Counted from the first letter of the stretch, positions 36,300 to 48,930 are shown. The stretch: 64,000 nt of DNA from Macrostomum lignano (GCA_002269645.1 NIVC01003575.1:26236-90235); one strand, 5' to 3'. Made by a program: numbers and translations. The notes: generated by a model from the sequence alone, not told the origin.

Positions 36300-36830
36300 C
36301 CTTTGAGACTAATTGTTGGCGCCTTTTTAGGCTAATTGTTGGCGCCACTTCAATGCTAATTGTTGGCGCCTTTTTAGGCTAATTGTTGGCGCCTTTTTGA
36401 AGCTAATTGTTGGCGCCTTTTTAAGGCAAATTGTTGGCGCCTTTTTGAAGCTAATTGTTGGCGCCACTTCAATGATAATTGTTGGCGCCACTTCAATGAT
36501 AATTGTTGGTACTCTTTTGACGCTAATTGTTGTCGCCATTCTGACTCTAACTGTTAGCGCTAATTTTGACACTAATTGTTGGCGCCTCTTTGACGCTAAT
36601 TATTGGCGCTAATTATGACACTAATTATTGGCGCCATTCCAACGCTAATTGTTGGCACCATTTTGATTCTGGTTATTGGCGCTAATTTTGACGCTATTTG
36701 TTGGCGCCATTCTGACGCTATTTGTTGGCGCCATTCTGACGCTAATTGTTGGCGCTAATTTTGACGCCGATTGTTGGCGCCACTTAGAATGCTAATTGTT
36801 AGCGCCAATTTAGCACTAATTTTTGGCGTC
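36300..36830. repeat. ~24-bp degenerate minisatellite
   Basis: Core GCTAATTGTTGGCGCC. Confidence 0.9.
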
Positions 36831-37379
36831 ACTTTTTTTCTACTTTAGTACCATCTGTCACATAAAAGTGAGTGTTCGACTCACTTTCCCCTAATTAATA
36901 ATTCAAATTAGATTTCTCCGCAGTTTTAAAGTTTTAAAACCGAACGCTGGTCCTTCTAGTTTGTTTGAGCTGCCTCAACTCCCACAACCGGCAACTGGCC
37001 TGTTCCTGTGGTGGTCCATTCAGTCTCTTCAGTCTCTAAAAACTCAAACAAACACTGGCTGGCTGCCAAACGGGCTTGCTGGAGTTTTGCGCTTGCTAAT
37101 GGAGGAGGAAGGCAGCAGACGCTCGGCCGAAGAACAACAGGGGGAGTGGTTTGTTCCTGCTCCGCTTGTTATCGCCTAGGCGGGATTGAGAATAGCTTTG
37201 AGGCTTTTTCAACTGCCCAGGGCCTCGGGTGAGCAGTTCTGGTTTCGCCTTGGAATATTTGATTTAGATCTTATCTTTTAGCTCGGTTGAGCCAATTCGC
37301 TGCCAAATTAACTTGGTTGGTTGCTGCAAGTGCGATAAGATTTCATTCTTTGTTAAATTGGCTATGAATGAGTGATAAA

Positions 37380-37850
37380 ATGTCAAGGTGATGTGAACTC
37401 AATTGGAGTGATCGAGTGATCAAAGATGTGAGTCAAGGTGTTGTGAACTCAACTTGAGTGATCAAGTGATCAAAGATGTGAGTCAAGGTGTTGTGAACTC
37501 AACTTGAGTGATCAAGTGATCAAAGATGTGAGTCAAGGTGTTGTGAACTCAACTTGAGTGATCAAGTGATCAAAGATGTGAGTCAAGGTGTTGTGAACTC
37601 AACTTGAGTGATCAAGTGATCAAAGATGTGAGTCAAGGTGTTGTGAACTCAACTTGAGTGATCAAGTGATCAAAGATGTGAGTCAAGGTGATGAAAACTC
37701 AACTTGAGTGATCAAGTGATCAAAGATGTGAGTCAAGGTGTTGTGAACTCAACTTGAGTGTTCAAGTGATCAAAGATGTGAGTCAAGGTGATGTGAACTC
37801 AACTTGAGTGGTCAAGTGATCAAAGAATGTGACTCAAGGTGATGTGAACT
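37380..37850. repeat. 50-bp minisatellite
   Basis: Unit GTGATCAAGTGATCAAAGATGTGAGTCAAGGTGTTGTGAACTCAACTTGA. Confidence 0.95.
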
Positions 37851-38190
37851 AAAAAATAATGAAAGATTTTTCTAAAATAGCCAGTGTCCATGAGCTCTTC
37901 GAAACAGCTGATCATTTCTCTAAAAATAGGCCTTCAGCTCCTCTCAGATTTACAGCAAGTCCAATTAAATTTTAATAGCTGGTTGGTTGCTATGCGATGC
38001 GGCTCAAACGCTGTCTCTTGGTGGTCTCCTCTTCCAACTGTTCTCAGCGGGTGTGCATAGGACTCATCTGTGTGAACCCAATTAAAACTTGGCCCACACT
38101 GCGCAGCTGACACCTGAGTCCTGGCTATGCTTTGGATAAAACACCTGATCAGAACTGAATTCCCATTGTGCTTCAGCGTCTATTGTTTTA

Positions 38191-38383
38191 ACTGACTGAC
38201 TGACTGACTGACTGACTGACTGACTGACTGACTGACTGACTGACTGACTGACTGACTGACTGACTGACTGACTGACTGACTGACTGACTGACTGACTGAC
38301 TGACTGACTGACTGACTGACTGACTGACTGACTGACTGACTGACTGACTGACTGACTGACTGACTGACTGACTGACTGACTGA
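38191..38383. repeat. (ACTG)n microsatellite, ~48 copies
   Basis: Perfect tetranucleotide run. Confidence 0.98.
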
Positions 38384-38839
38384 AAAAACTTCTAATTACC
38401 ATAGTTCCTCCAATCTGTTACAATAGTTGTCCATGGACTCCAGAATTTTAGAGCTTAGACTTTGTGTCCTGCAATTTCAGTTTAATAATACCCCTTTCAC
38501 ACACCTGCGAATTTCACGCCCCGATGCGGAGGCACAGGCTAAAGATTGGCAAGACTTCAGTAATAAGAAAGCCACTTATTATACTCACCTGCCGTGATTG
38601 ATGAATTCGCCTTTTCTGCTCTGATATTCAAGCCGTATGCGCTAATATTGGTGGACATCTGGACCGTTGCGGTGCCCCATGTGCGCAGCTGTTGTTGCTA
38701 TCCATGGACTTTGGCAATCTGAAATCTTTGGGAAATAGTGCGCAGCTTGGCTCTTGATTTTCAGGTATTAAACTGTCAAAAAATTATCTAAATCTCAGTA
38801 AGTCTCTCTTCGCTTACACTCGACATCAATAAAATTCTA

Positions 38840-39755
38840 TCCGCTTACTCTCCGTCTCTGCAAGACTGTCTCCGCTTACTCTCCGTCTCTGCAAGACTGT
38901 CTCCGCTTACTCTCCGTCTCTGCAAGACCGTCTCCGCTTACTCTCCGTCTCTGCAAGACTGTCTCCGCTTACTCTCCGTCTCTGTAATCCTCTCTCCGCT
39001 TACTCTCCGTCTCTGTAATCCTCTCTCCGCTTACTCTTCGTCTCAGTGAGACTCTCTCCACTTACTCTCCGTCTCTGTAATCCTCTCTCCGCTTACTCTC
39101 CGTCTCGGCAAGACTCTCTCCGCTTACTCTTCGTGTCTGCAAGACTCTCTCCGCTTACTCTTCGTGTCTGCAAGACTCTCTCCGCTTACTCTCCGTCTCT
39201 GCAAGACTCTCTCCGCTTACTCTCCGTCTCTGCAAGACTCTCTCCGCTTACTCTTCGTCTCAGTGAGACTCTCCGCTTACTCTCCGTCTCAGTAAGACTC
39301 TCCGCTTACTCTCCGTCTCAGTGAGACTCTCTCCGCTTACTCTCCGTCTCTGTAATACTCTCTCCGCTTACTCTCCGTCTCTGCAAGACTCTCTCCGCTT
39401 ACTCTCCGTCTCTGCAAGACTCTCTCCGCTTACTCTTCTTCTCAGTAAGACTCTCCGCTTACTCTCCGTCTCAGTAAGACTCTCCGCTTACTCTCCGTCT
39501 CAGTAAGACTCTCCGCTTACTCTTCTTCTCAGTAAGACTCTCCGCTTACTCTCCGTCTCAGTAAGACTCTCCGCTTACTCTCCGTCTCAGTAAGACTCTC
39601 CGCTTACTCTTCGTCTCTGTGAGACTCTCCGCTTACTCTTCGTCTCTGTGAGACTCTCTCCGCTTACTCTCCGTCTCTGCAAGACTCTCTCCGCTTACTC
39701 TCCGTCTCAGTAAGACTCTCCGCTTACTCTTCGTCTCAGTGAGACTCTCCGCTTA
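38840..39755. repeat. 27/29-bp minisatellite
   Basis: Unit CTCTCCGCTTACTCTCCGTCTCTGCAAGA and variants. Confidence 0.95.
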
Positions 39756-40365
39756 ATCTTTGCTTTTTGCAAGTTCCCACAGTCATCAGTAATTTAATCC
39801 GCTTGCCTGCACAGCTCAAAAATGCAGCTGAAAACTGAAAATGGTGAATCGAGAATATCTGGCAATGGGTGCCTCCGGTGGGGTTACGTTAGATAAAAAA
39901 CATTCCAAACCAAGCATAATAGAGAGTAACATGAGCCGTTCCTCATTACTCAACGTTTGAAATAAAAGTTTAAGCCTTAAATTATCAACTGTGCTTGGCC
40001 AGGGGATGCCTCTGCAAACACTGGGGAGGGGGTGTGCAAGAAGAAATGAAAAGACAATTCAATTTCAATCCATCACCGCTTGATGGATCAAATCAAATTG
40101 CGAAATAGCTTCATCAGGTGTGACAGCATCTCTGCTCTAGACCAAAGAAATTAGGGTATTTTTTACTTAAGAATTTTTTTAATTGCTTGACCAGTGAAGT
40201 GGAACGATGCGGCCTAGTATGGCAAGCAGGTCGTCACTTCATTACAGCGGGGAATGTCAAATTAAGGCAAACTAACTGAGTCAGCCAACGTACAGCAAAT
40301 ATAACTGAGGAGCCATAATTAATGAGCTTGAAATTTCACAAGCTCGAAGTGCTAGATTGTGGTTT

Positions 40366-40840
40366 TTCAAGCTTGTGATGAAGTTTCGAGCTTGTGATGA
40401 AGCTTCGAGATTGTGATGAAGCTTCGAGATTGTGATGAAGCTTCGAGCTTGTGATTAAGTTTCGAGCTTGTGATGAAGTTTCGAGCTTGTGATGAAGCTT
40501 CGAGCTTGTGATGAAGCTTCGAGCTTGTGATGAAGTTTTAAGCTTGTGATGAAGCTTCGAGCTTGTGATGAAGCTTCGAGCTTGTGATGAAGTTTTGAGC
40601 TTGTGCTGAAGCTTCGAGCTTGTGATGAAGCTTCGAGCTTGTGATGAAGTTTTGAGCTTGTGCTGAAGCTTCGAGCTTGTGATGAAGCTTCGAGCTTGTG
40701 ATGAAGCTTCGAGATTGTGATGAAGTTTCGAGCTTGTGATGAAGCTTCGAGCTTGTGATGAAATTTTGAGCTTGTGATGAAGTTTCGAGATTGTGAAGTT
40801 TTTAGTTTTGTGAAGTTTCGAGCTTGTTTCGAGCTTGTGA
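40366..40840. repeat. 19-bp minisatellite
   Basis: Unit GAAGCTTCGAGCTTGTGAT. Confidence 0.95.
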
Positions 40841-41298
40841 AAGCGACCCATAATTCGTTACGGCCAGTGGAAAAGGGTTATACTTATATTATGAGATATT
40901 TAACCAAACATTGGCGAGACATTGGCTAAACTTTACATCGCTCCATTACATCGCTTAAGCTGACGTCACCATAGAAACCGTGACTTCTTACTTGGTTGTT
41001 TTGTCGTAAACAAACAAAATGATTGATTAATTAAAAACGTATTTAATTTTTTTATGCTAAAAGCCATAAAAGCTGCATGGGTTTGTTTTATTTACAAGAA
41101 AATGTATATCGCGATTTCAAAGCCAGCAAAAAATCAATTTCTATTTACAAATTAATTTACTTTCTGGGGACCATTATCAGATAAGTTTATCTAGTAGATA
41201 TTGACACATTTATATTACACACCTATAGACAGGCGATAGACAATTAGCTGATCACAGCTCAAGTTTAAATCTATTATACCCGTAGTTTTAAAGCGAGT

Positions 41299-44200
41299 TC
41301 ACAGCGCCGTGACCAGCTGGGTCGGCGCCGCTCGTGCGAGACTTTCGAACACGGTGGACTCCTGGCTGATGCCATTCAACGGCGAGGCTGGCCAGCGGCA
41401 GATCGACGGCGACCTCGTCGGCGACGACAACGGCGACAAGCAGCTTGCCGACGATTCGTGAGCGACGTCGCAGAAGGTCAGCTTTGGCGAAGACACCACC
41501 GTGGCGCGCTGCTGCTGTCGCCGACGCTGATGACTGCTGCTTGAAGAGGCCGACTGACGGCGACTCGCGGCCAGGAGCAGCAGACGGCGAAGCAGCGGCT
41601 GCCTTGGCGGCTGCACTGGAGATTTCAGCGGCGACGGCTGAAAAACAATGGGAATTTGAAAATCCACGTTCGCCATGCTCTTCCTATAAGCCAGGGGTGG
41701 GCAAGGTTTTTACTCCAAGGGCCAGGTAAGGAATCTAGATCTTTGCTGAGGGCCAGATTAGAGTAGAAATGAGAGGGAATTGGAATGAAGAACAAAGAGA
41801 AGATGACAGATGATGGAAGAGAGGAGAGAAGAAATGAGAGATGAGAGGAAAGAAGAAAGGTGAGGAGATGAGAGGAGAGATGAGAGATGAAAGGTGAGGA
41901 GACGAGGAGAGAGACGAGAGGAGAGATGAGAGATGAAAGGTGAGGAGAGATGAGAAGAAAGATGAAAGGAGAGAGGAGAGATGAGAGGAGAGAGGAGAAA
42001 AACTCCTCTCCTACGGAACCTCCATTCTCCGTAAATCCTGCCTCCTAAGATTTTCCAAGAAAAAAGAAATTTTCCCGTCCTTCTACTTAAGTAGTCCTTG
42101 CGTCAGACAAGTACGTAGCAACATGTATTTCTGCTCCTAATGTCTCTGAGCTGCTTTCTAGCAGACAATTCATAAATAAAAAATATTTGAATTTGCTTAC
42201 CGCACAGACAGCAGATGCTGCCGCCACTGCAGCTGAGCCACTGCAGCCGGGCAGTCTGGCGCAGCTGGTGCCGCTCTGACGCAATCGCTTCTGCCAACAG
42301 AAATCGAAAGTAGAAGTTTTTAGTGTTGATGAGGCAGCTACAGTTCTGGGGGAGTTGCTTACGACTGCATTGTAGGAACAATCGGACTAACTTCCCAATC
42401 GGTTGGAATCTGGCGCGAATCAGTGAGTAAACTTCTTAAATGATTGTGAGAGGCTAGAGAGACTAGTACGAAGATGAGAGTGACTAATGGGGAGTGAAGA
42501 TGGGACCAGGAGTGACAAATTAATTGCCCGTGGGAGTGACTACTGGAGTGACCGTGGGAGTGACTAATGGAGTGACTGTGGGAGTGATTATGGAAGTGAC
42601 TGTGGGAGTGATTGTGGGAGTGATTAGTCACCTTGAGAGTGACTAATGGAGTGACCGTGGGAGTGACTAATGGATTGACTGTGGGAGTGACTAGTGGAGT
42701 GACTGTGGGAGTGACTAGTGGAGTGACTGTGGGAGTGACTAGTGGAGTGACCATAGGAGTGACTAATGGAGTAACGATAAGAGAGGCTAACTATAGGAAT
42801 GACAATGGCAGCAAATTCTAATCTATTTGATTGGCTGTGAGAGTGACACTTTGAAACGAAACATTTCGAAGTTTCCCTACAAAAATGAGCCATAGCAACT
42901 CCAAAGCCGGAAATCTTCAGACTATGTGTACCAGTATTGACAATCGCTGGGATCTCTCACCCGAAACGACAGCAGTCGCCCAATGCCGCCCCGACTGCCG
43001 CTGGCGTCGCACGAGTCGGAAATTTCTCTCCACCGACGCCTGATTGAGTCGGATTTTTTCTGTGCCAACAGCTGCTGCTGCTTCTGCTGTTGAAGGAGGT
43101 GGCTTTGAAATCGGCGCTCGAATCTGCGCCTGTCCGGACATCCGGGAGGCAGCCTGCTCACGTGATCGATCAGCTCCGCCAGCTGCCTCTGGCTGTAGAC
43201 ATCCGTCGAGGAATGCGTCGGCGTCGAGACCGAATCTTCGGAGGCAGCGCCGGCGGCGCCGGTGGCGGAGGCGGCGGCCGCGGCTGCAGTCAGCTGATCA
43301 AAGTGCCGCTTTAAGTCCTCGGCAAAGGTGCGGGGAACCTGATGGATTGATTGAATGGCGGTTACGGACGGCATAAGTGAATGCTGGGCTGTTTTTAGTG
43401 ACTGTTAAAGTGACTGTTGGAGTGACTGTGAGAGTTGGAGTGACTGTGAGAGTTGGAGTGACTGTGAGAGTTGGAGTGACTGTGAGAGTTGGAGTGACTG
43501 TGAGAGTTGGAGTGACTGTGAGAGTTGGAGTGACTGTGAGAGTTGGAGTGACAGTGAGAATGACTGTGAGAGTTGGAGTGACAGTGAGAATGACAGTGAG
43601 AGTGACTGTTGGAGTGACTGTGAGAGTGTCTGTTGGAGTGACTGTGAGAGTGTCTGTTGGAGTGACAGTGAGAAGGTCTGTTGGAGTGACAGTAAAAGTG
43701 TCTGTTGGAGTGACAGTGGGAGTGACTGTTGGAGTGACAAGAGTGACTGTTAGAGTGAATGTTAGAGTGACTAATAGAGTGACTGTTAAAGAGATATTTT
43801 GATATTGTAGATTGTTGGAAGTTGAAGTACCTGTTAAAGTAACTGTTGGAGTGACATCGTGCGAGATTATATCAGAGTGAGACTGAGAGTGATTACATCA
43901 GGGTGAAAGTAAGAATAAACTAAAACTCACCAGTCGAATTGTTGAGCAGTTGGCGATGAGAAAGGCTGTGGCGCTGTTCAAACTTTCGATTCTTTTTTGG
44001 ACTTGACCCGGCTCGGACTGAGGGGATGTAAGTACAGTTGGTGCTCTTGATGTACATTTTTGTAGGCTGACTAGTTGCTGGGTCACCTAATGGTCACCGA
44101 ATGGGTCACCGAATGGGTCACCGAATGGGTCACCGAATGGGTCACCGAATGGGTCACCGAATGGGTCACCGAATGGGTCACCGAATGGGTCACCGAATGG

Positions 44201-47200
44201 GTCACCGAATGGGTCACCGAATGGGTCACCGAATGGGTCACCGAATGGGTCACCGAATGGGTCACCGAATGGGTCACCGAATGGGTCACCGAATGGGTCA
44301 CCGAATGGGTCACCGAATGGGTCACCGAATGGGTCACCGAATGGGTCACCGAATGGGTCAGGCCAGAAAACTCACCGACTTGCTGTTCCCCAGCAGCACG
44401 GGGCCGAACACGGTGCCCAGCGTAGCGCAGGACATCCGGGTCACCGGAGCCGCAGCTACCGCGGCAAGGAGTCGCAACAGGCGGGCCAGCAGGCGGGCGC
44501 TACCGTCTGGCAGCAGCTGCATCAGCAGTCGAGCAGCCCGAAGTCGGCGGCAGCGCAGAAGGAGCGGGGGCTGGGCCGGCAAACCTTTGCTATCGGTCCG
44601 CAGCATCTTCTCGTCGAGATCTGCAAGAGTCAGGGACGGAAATGAATAAGTTAGGCCGTTACGATAAAATTTAAATCTCTGGGCTTCTCACCTCCAATAG
44701 CGACGAGGATTTCCAGGTGGCGATCGTTGAGGAGTGGCTCCTCAGGGCACCTCAGCAGCTGCTTGAGCACGCTGGCCACGTCGTGAACTGTGAAGGCATC
44801 AAGTTGAGGTCGACCACCAGCGAGAAGGCAGCGGTGAAGCTCCTTCTGGCGACCGCAGCTGCCGGTCTTGCGGAAGATGCCTTCGGTTTTGTAGCCTGCG
44901 GTGAAATGGGTCAGTGATGGGTCGGTGATGGGTCAATGATGGGTCGGTGATGGGTCAGTGATGGGTCGGTGATGGGTCAGTGATGGATCGATGATGGATC
45001 GATGATGGGTAAGTGATGGATTAAGTGATGGGTCGGTGATGAGTCAACGATAGATCGATGATGGGTCAACGATGGATCAGTGATGGGTCAACGATGGATC
45101 GGTGATGGGTCAACGATGGATCAGTGATAGGTTAACAATGTGTCGGTGATAGGTCAGTGATGGGTCAGTGATGGGTCGGTGATGGGTCAACGAATGGTCG
45201 ACGCTGAGTCTACGATGGGTCGTGATCTTGTAGGTAGGTCACATATGAGTCAGTAATGTGACTGCCGACCCTCCATTTGAAGGCACTGAGTGTATCCTGA
45301 CGGTCAATAAAAATTGGTAAATTGGTACGATTTGGAATAATCTTGATCTGGGCAATTATAAAAATATCCCAAGAATTTCCAAAATTAAGAAGCCCGGCTC
45401 AGATTACGCCAACTCATTATTTATTGTCTGTTTTTTGCTAATCGTATTTTTATCGACTGCGAGCTGCTTGAAACGCTCGAGTGGTTGCTAATTTCAACTC
45501 GGATGGGGCATGTTTTTAATGCGTCTTCCATCCGGGAATGACGTCATTGTTTTGGGGATTTGGGCCGGCCGCGGCAGGGGGTTCGTTGAAGAATTGCCTC
45601 TTGAAGTGAGCGATAAAATTAGCCTTGCTGGCTGCGTGTGATGTCGTAGAGAAGCTGGATTTGCAATTTGTTTAAATGCCTGAGAACTCACGGTCCCCCT
45701 CGTGCAGGTGACGCAACAGCAGCGACAGCCCGGCGGCCACGGGTCCCGAGACGCCACCGGGACGGCCGACGCGATTTGCAGCGAATGATGTGGCCGAGAA
45801 TGATGAAGCTGGGAGGTTGCTCTGGCTGCGAACCGCCACTGCAATTGGGTTTTTTGTTTGGTGGTAATTGTTGCTTTTATGATCCAGCTGTGTCTGTCTG
45901 TCTGCCTGTCTGTCTGTCTTTCTGTCTGTCTGTGTCTGTCTGTCTGTCTGTCTGTCTGTCTTTCTGTCTGTCTGTGTCTGTTTGTCTGTCTGTCTGTCTG
46001 CCTTGCCCCACAATCCATAAATCAAGCCATCCACTCAGAATCAATCTGTGCACAATGCCCCCTGCAGTCTGTTTCGAGTCCTCGGGTCAGTTTTCGCCTC
46101 CAAAGTGGCCGCGAATGAGCCCCTTCTGGCCACAGTGGCCAGTCTCACGGCAACTCCCAAGTCCGTACCACTCCCCATCCTGAGCTGCTCGTGACGTCAC
46201 AGCGAGTTTAGCACCCCATCTGCTGTGTGCTTTTTGCACCTCGTTGCTACAAACACTTAAAGCATTGTTCTCACTGGCCTATTTGTGTCACAATATAAAA
46301 TAGTGACCATGCCTCAGGCCAGTGACTGTCTGGGGTTAGAAGTGGCTCTTATAACTCAATCAGCACTGTTGGGGGCCAGCAACAGTGGGGGGAGTCCCCC
46401 TGCCCTGCAGCAATTCCACTACTATTGTCTACTACTTGATGAGCATTTTACAAGATTAGTCACAGCAATATTGGCCACCTTCTCAGGCCTGCCACTCATT
46501 AGTTCGCGGAAGATTCCACATTACAAGCCTAGCATAGTAACTAAAAATTATTTTTATGAGTTCGTCCGATGTTCTGCGATTTGAAATTGCAAATTTGTGT
46601 ATGTTTTTTGTTCCTCAATTTGTGCCTCAGGGCTGCATAAGTGGATCAGTTTGATGCTTTGACTCGAATAAGCGAGCCCTCCTCTTTTTTGTTTATACAA
46701 TGTCTTTGCTATAGTAAAATAGCCCATATGTATCTTAGACTTCAGCTTGGCAACATCTTATACCTTAAGGGGGCTCGCTGGATCATGGCTGCGGGGCCTG
46801 TGCTGTCTGATGTGGCTACATACGAGCTAGGGAGGAGAGAAGAGGGGCGAGATGAGGGAGAGAGGAGAGGGAGAGATGAGAGGCGAAGGAGAAGAGAGGG
46901 AGAGAGAGGAGAGAAATGAGGGAGAGGAGAGAGAGATGAGGGAGAGGAGAGGGGAAAATGGAAGAGAGGGAGGGAGAGATGAGAAGGGAAGGAGAGGAGA
47001 GGGAGAGGAGAGCAGAGGCGGGCTAAGCAGGTGACACATTCATAAGCATGCCGTATTTATCCGAGGCGCATGCTGCATCGGCTGGAGTGGGCTGGATTAA
47101 GGCTGGGATTAGCGGTGTACTTTCGTACCCCAAGACCCTGGTCAAGGCCCTAACTAAAAAACTTAGGCTACGGGGAATCGAACCCAGGATCTACTTGATG

Positions 47201-48089
47201 CAATGAATCTGTTTTGTTAAGATAGCTACTCACGCCTCCTCAGGCCAGGCAGTCTGGGCAGCAACCGGAAACTTGTCCTTCTGCCGCTTCCTCCTCTGAC
47301 GACGTCGCCCTCGTCTTCGTCACCTTCAAAGTGCGGCAGCTCCAGCAGGAAGGCCAGGTGAACTCTGGCCAGTTCGCAGAATTGCTCAGGTCGGAGGCGC
47401 CGAAACAGGCGCGCAGTCTCTGCCAGGCGGGCGTCACCCGGCGTTGGACTGTCGGGGCGCGGGTTCAGCACGGAGTCGAGGCGCCGGCAGTAGCGGCTGG
47501 TGCAGTCCTGCTGGATTAGCGGGGGTGGCTGCCTATGCTGGTCACGTGATTGAGGAGTAGAATGAGTAGAAGTGAGTAGAAATGAGTAGAGATGAGTAGA
47601 GATGAGTAGAGATGAGTAGAGATGAATAGAGATGAGTAGAGATGAGTAGAGATGAGTAGAGATGAGTAGAGATGAGTAGAGATGAGTAGAGATGAGTAGA
47701 GATGAGTAGAAGTGAGTAGAGATGAGTAGAGATGAGTAGAGATGAGTAGAGATGAGTAGAAGTGAGTAGAGATGAGTAGAGATGAGTAGAGATGAGTAGA
47801 GAACAAACGCCCGCGAAACGGGGGCAGAGGGGTGCAGCTGTCCCCTGGAATTATGATCGGGACCACTGCTCCCTGTAAAATAATTAAATAGTACTCAATA
47901 GTGCTCAACGGCAATTGAAGACCGCAGATCGAAGGACTTTGGAAGAATTGAAGCTGTTGCAGGAGTCAAATTTGTTTGCTTTATAAAAAGGCAACACTTG
48001 AAACTTACCTCAGCAGACAGTTGCATCGAATGCTCGTCAGCGCCCGTAGCAGAAGGATTCTTCTTGTCTTCCTCAAACGCAAGAGTCAT
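41299..48089 (-). CDS. ARHGAP19: Rho GTPase-activating protein 19-like, 9 exons, ~615 aa
   Basis: Exons (minus): 48089-48009, 47510-47234, 45838-45692, 44895-44692, 44620-44376, 44017-43931, 43338-42961, 42290-42201, 41637-41299. All junctions are GT-AG with compatible phases; total 1848 nt. RhoGAP motifs: EGIFRKTG (Arg finger), [18 protein letters not shown]...[16 protein letters not shown]19-type flanks: [20 protein letters not shown] (cf. KPEIFTELVVSNITRLIDLP) and [10 protein letters not shown] (cf. KLNSGMAFMI). The exon 1 assignment is less certain. Confidence 0.85.
41691..42000. mobile_element. Truncated copy of the same MITE family with GA-rich spacer
   Basis: CAGGGGTGGGCAAGGTTTTTACTCCAAGGGCCAGGTAAGGAATC resembles the reverse complement of 18360-18403 (CAGGGGTCGGCAACTTTTTTTACCTCAAAGGCCAGGTAAAGAACC). 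I see no second TIR. Confidence 0.55.
42500..42775. repeat. 12/24-bp GGAGTGACT minisatellite (ARHGAP19 intron)
   Basis: Unit GGGAGTGACTAATGGAGTGACTGT. Confidence 0.85.
43398..43790. repeat. 18-bp GGAGTGACT minisatellite (ARHGAP19 intron)
   Basis: Unit GAGTTGGAGTGACTGTGA. Confidence 0.9.
44080..44360. repeat. Near-perfect 12-bp minisatellite (ARHGAP19 intron)
   Basis: Unit GGGTCACCGAAT, ~23 copies. Confidence 0.98.
44905..45222. repeat. 11-bp minisatellite (ARHGAP19 intron)
   Basis: Unit GATGGGTC(A/G)GT. Confidence 0.9.
45888..46000. repeat. (TGTC)n microsatellite
   Basis: Imperfect tetranucleotide run. Confidence 0.9.
47557..47801. repeat. 10-bp minisatellite (ARHGAP19 intron 1)
   Basis: Unit AGATGAGTAG. 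Confidence 0.95.
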
Positions 48090-48489
48090 CGGTCTGACCC
48101 GGCCGCTTTTCTAAACGAGTTTTTGTTCGAACAATTAAAACTTTTTAAGCGATTCAAATAGTCTTGTCTTGCTTTGCTGATTTGTTCTTTAAGACTTGGT
48201 TCAGGACTGGTGCTGTGGCGCAATATAATTTATGGTCTTGCCACGGGGGAGTGGGGGAGTGCCGGTTCGCCCGCTCTCATTGGCTGGGACCAGTTAGAGC
48301 AGGGGAAAGCCTTCTATTGGTCAGTAGACGCGGTCAAGCTGAGAGAAACACTGAATCTCAACAACCAGCGCCTGTCCTAGAGAAACACAAGGTATTTGAG
48401 TCTTCTGGGTTGCTCACCCTCAGTGATGGATGAGTATCATGAGTGTTCCTTTTCATAGCTAATCGGGAAACATCAAATCCTTCTCTCTC

Positions 48490-48930
48490 TTTCTCCCTGA
48501 ACCTCTCCTCTCTTTCCCTGAATCTCACCTCTCTTACCCTGAATCTCACCTCTCTTTACCTGAACCTCTCCTCTCTTTCCCTGAATCTCACCTCTCTTAC
48601 CCTGAATCTCACCTCTCTTTACCTGAACCTCTCCTCTCTTTCCCCGAATTTCACCTCTCTTACCCTGAATCTCACCTCTCTTTACCTGAACCTCTCCTCT
48701 CTTTCCCCGAATCTCACCTCTCTTACCCTGAATCTCACCTCTCTTTACCTGAACCTCTCCTCTCTTTCCCTGAATCTCACCTCTCTTACCCTGAATCTCA
48801 CCTCTCTTTCCCGGAATCTCTCCTCTCTTCCCTGAATCTCACCTCTATTTCCCAGAATCTCTTCTCTCTTCCCCTGAATCTCAACTCTATTTCTCTGAAT
48901 CTCAACTCTCTTTCCCTGAATCACTTTCCC
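48490..48930. repeat. 21-bp minisatellite
   Basis: Unit CTGAATCTCACCTCTCTTACC and variants. Confidence 0.9.

Noticed and set aside
37380-37850. Regular arrays as CRISPR loci (also 53521-54466 and 5664-5950)
   Set aside because: Units are head-to-tail with no unique spacers, there are no cas genes, and the context is eukaryotic.
40366-40840. Heat-shock elements in the GAAGCTTC array
   Set aside because: Only two of the three nGAAn units are present per copy, which is readily explained by chance.
47800-47875. Extra ARHGAP19 exon (ttttacag|GGAGCAGTG...)
   Set aside because: The acceptor is good, but I found no donor that keeps frame between exon 1 and exon 2. Direct splicing 48009->47510 works.
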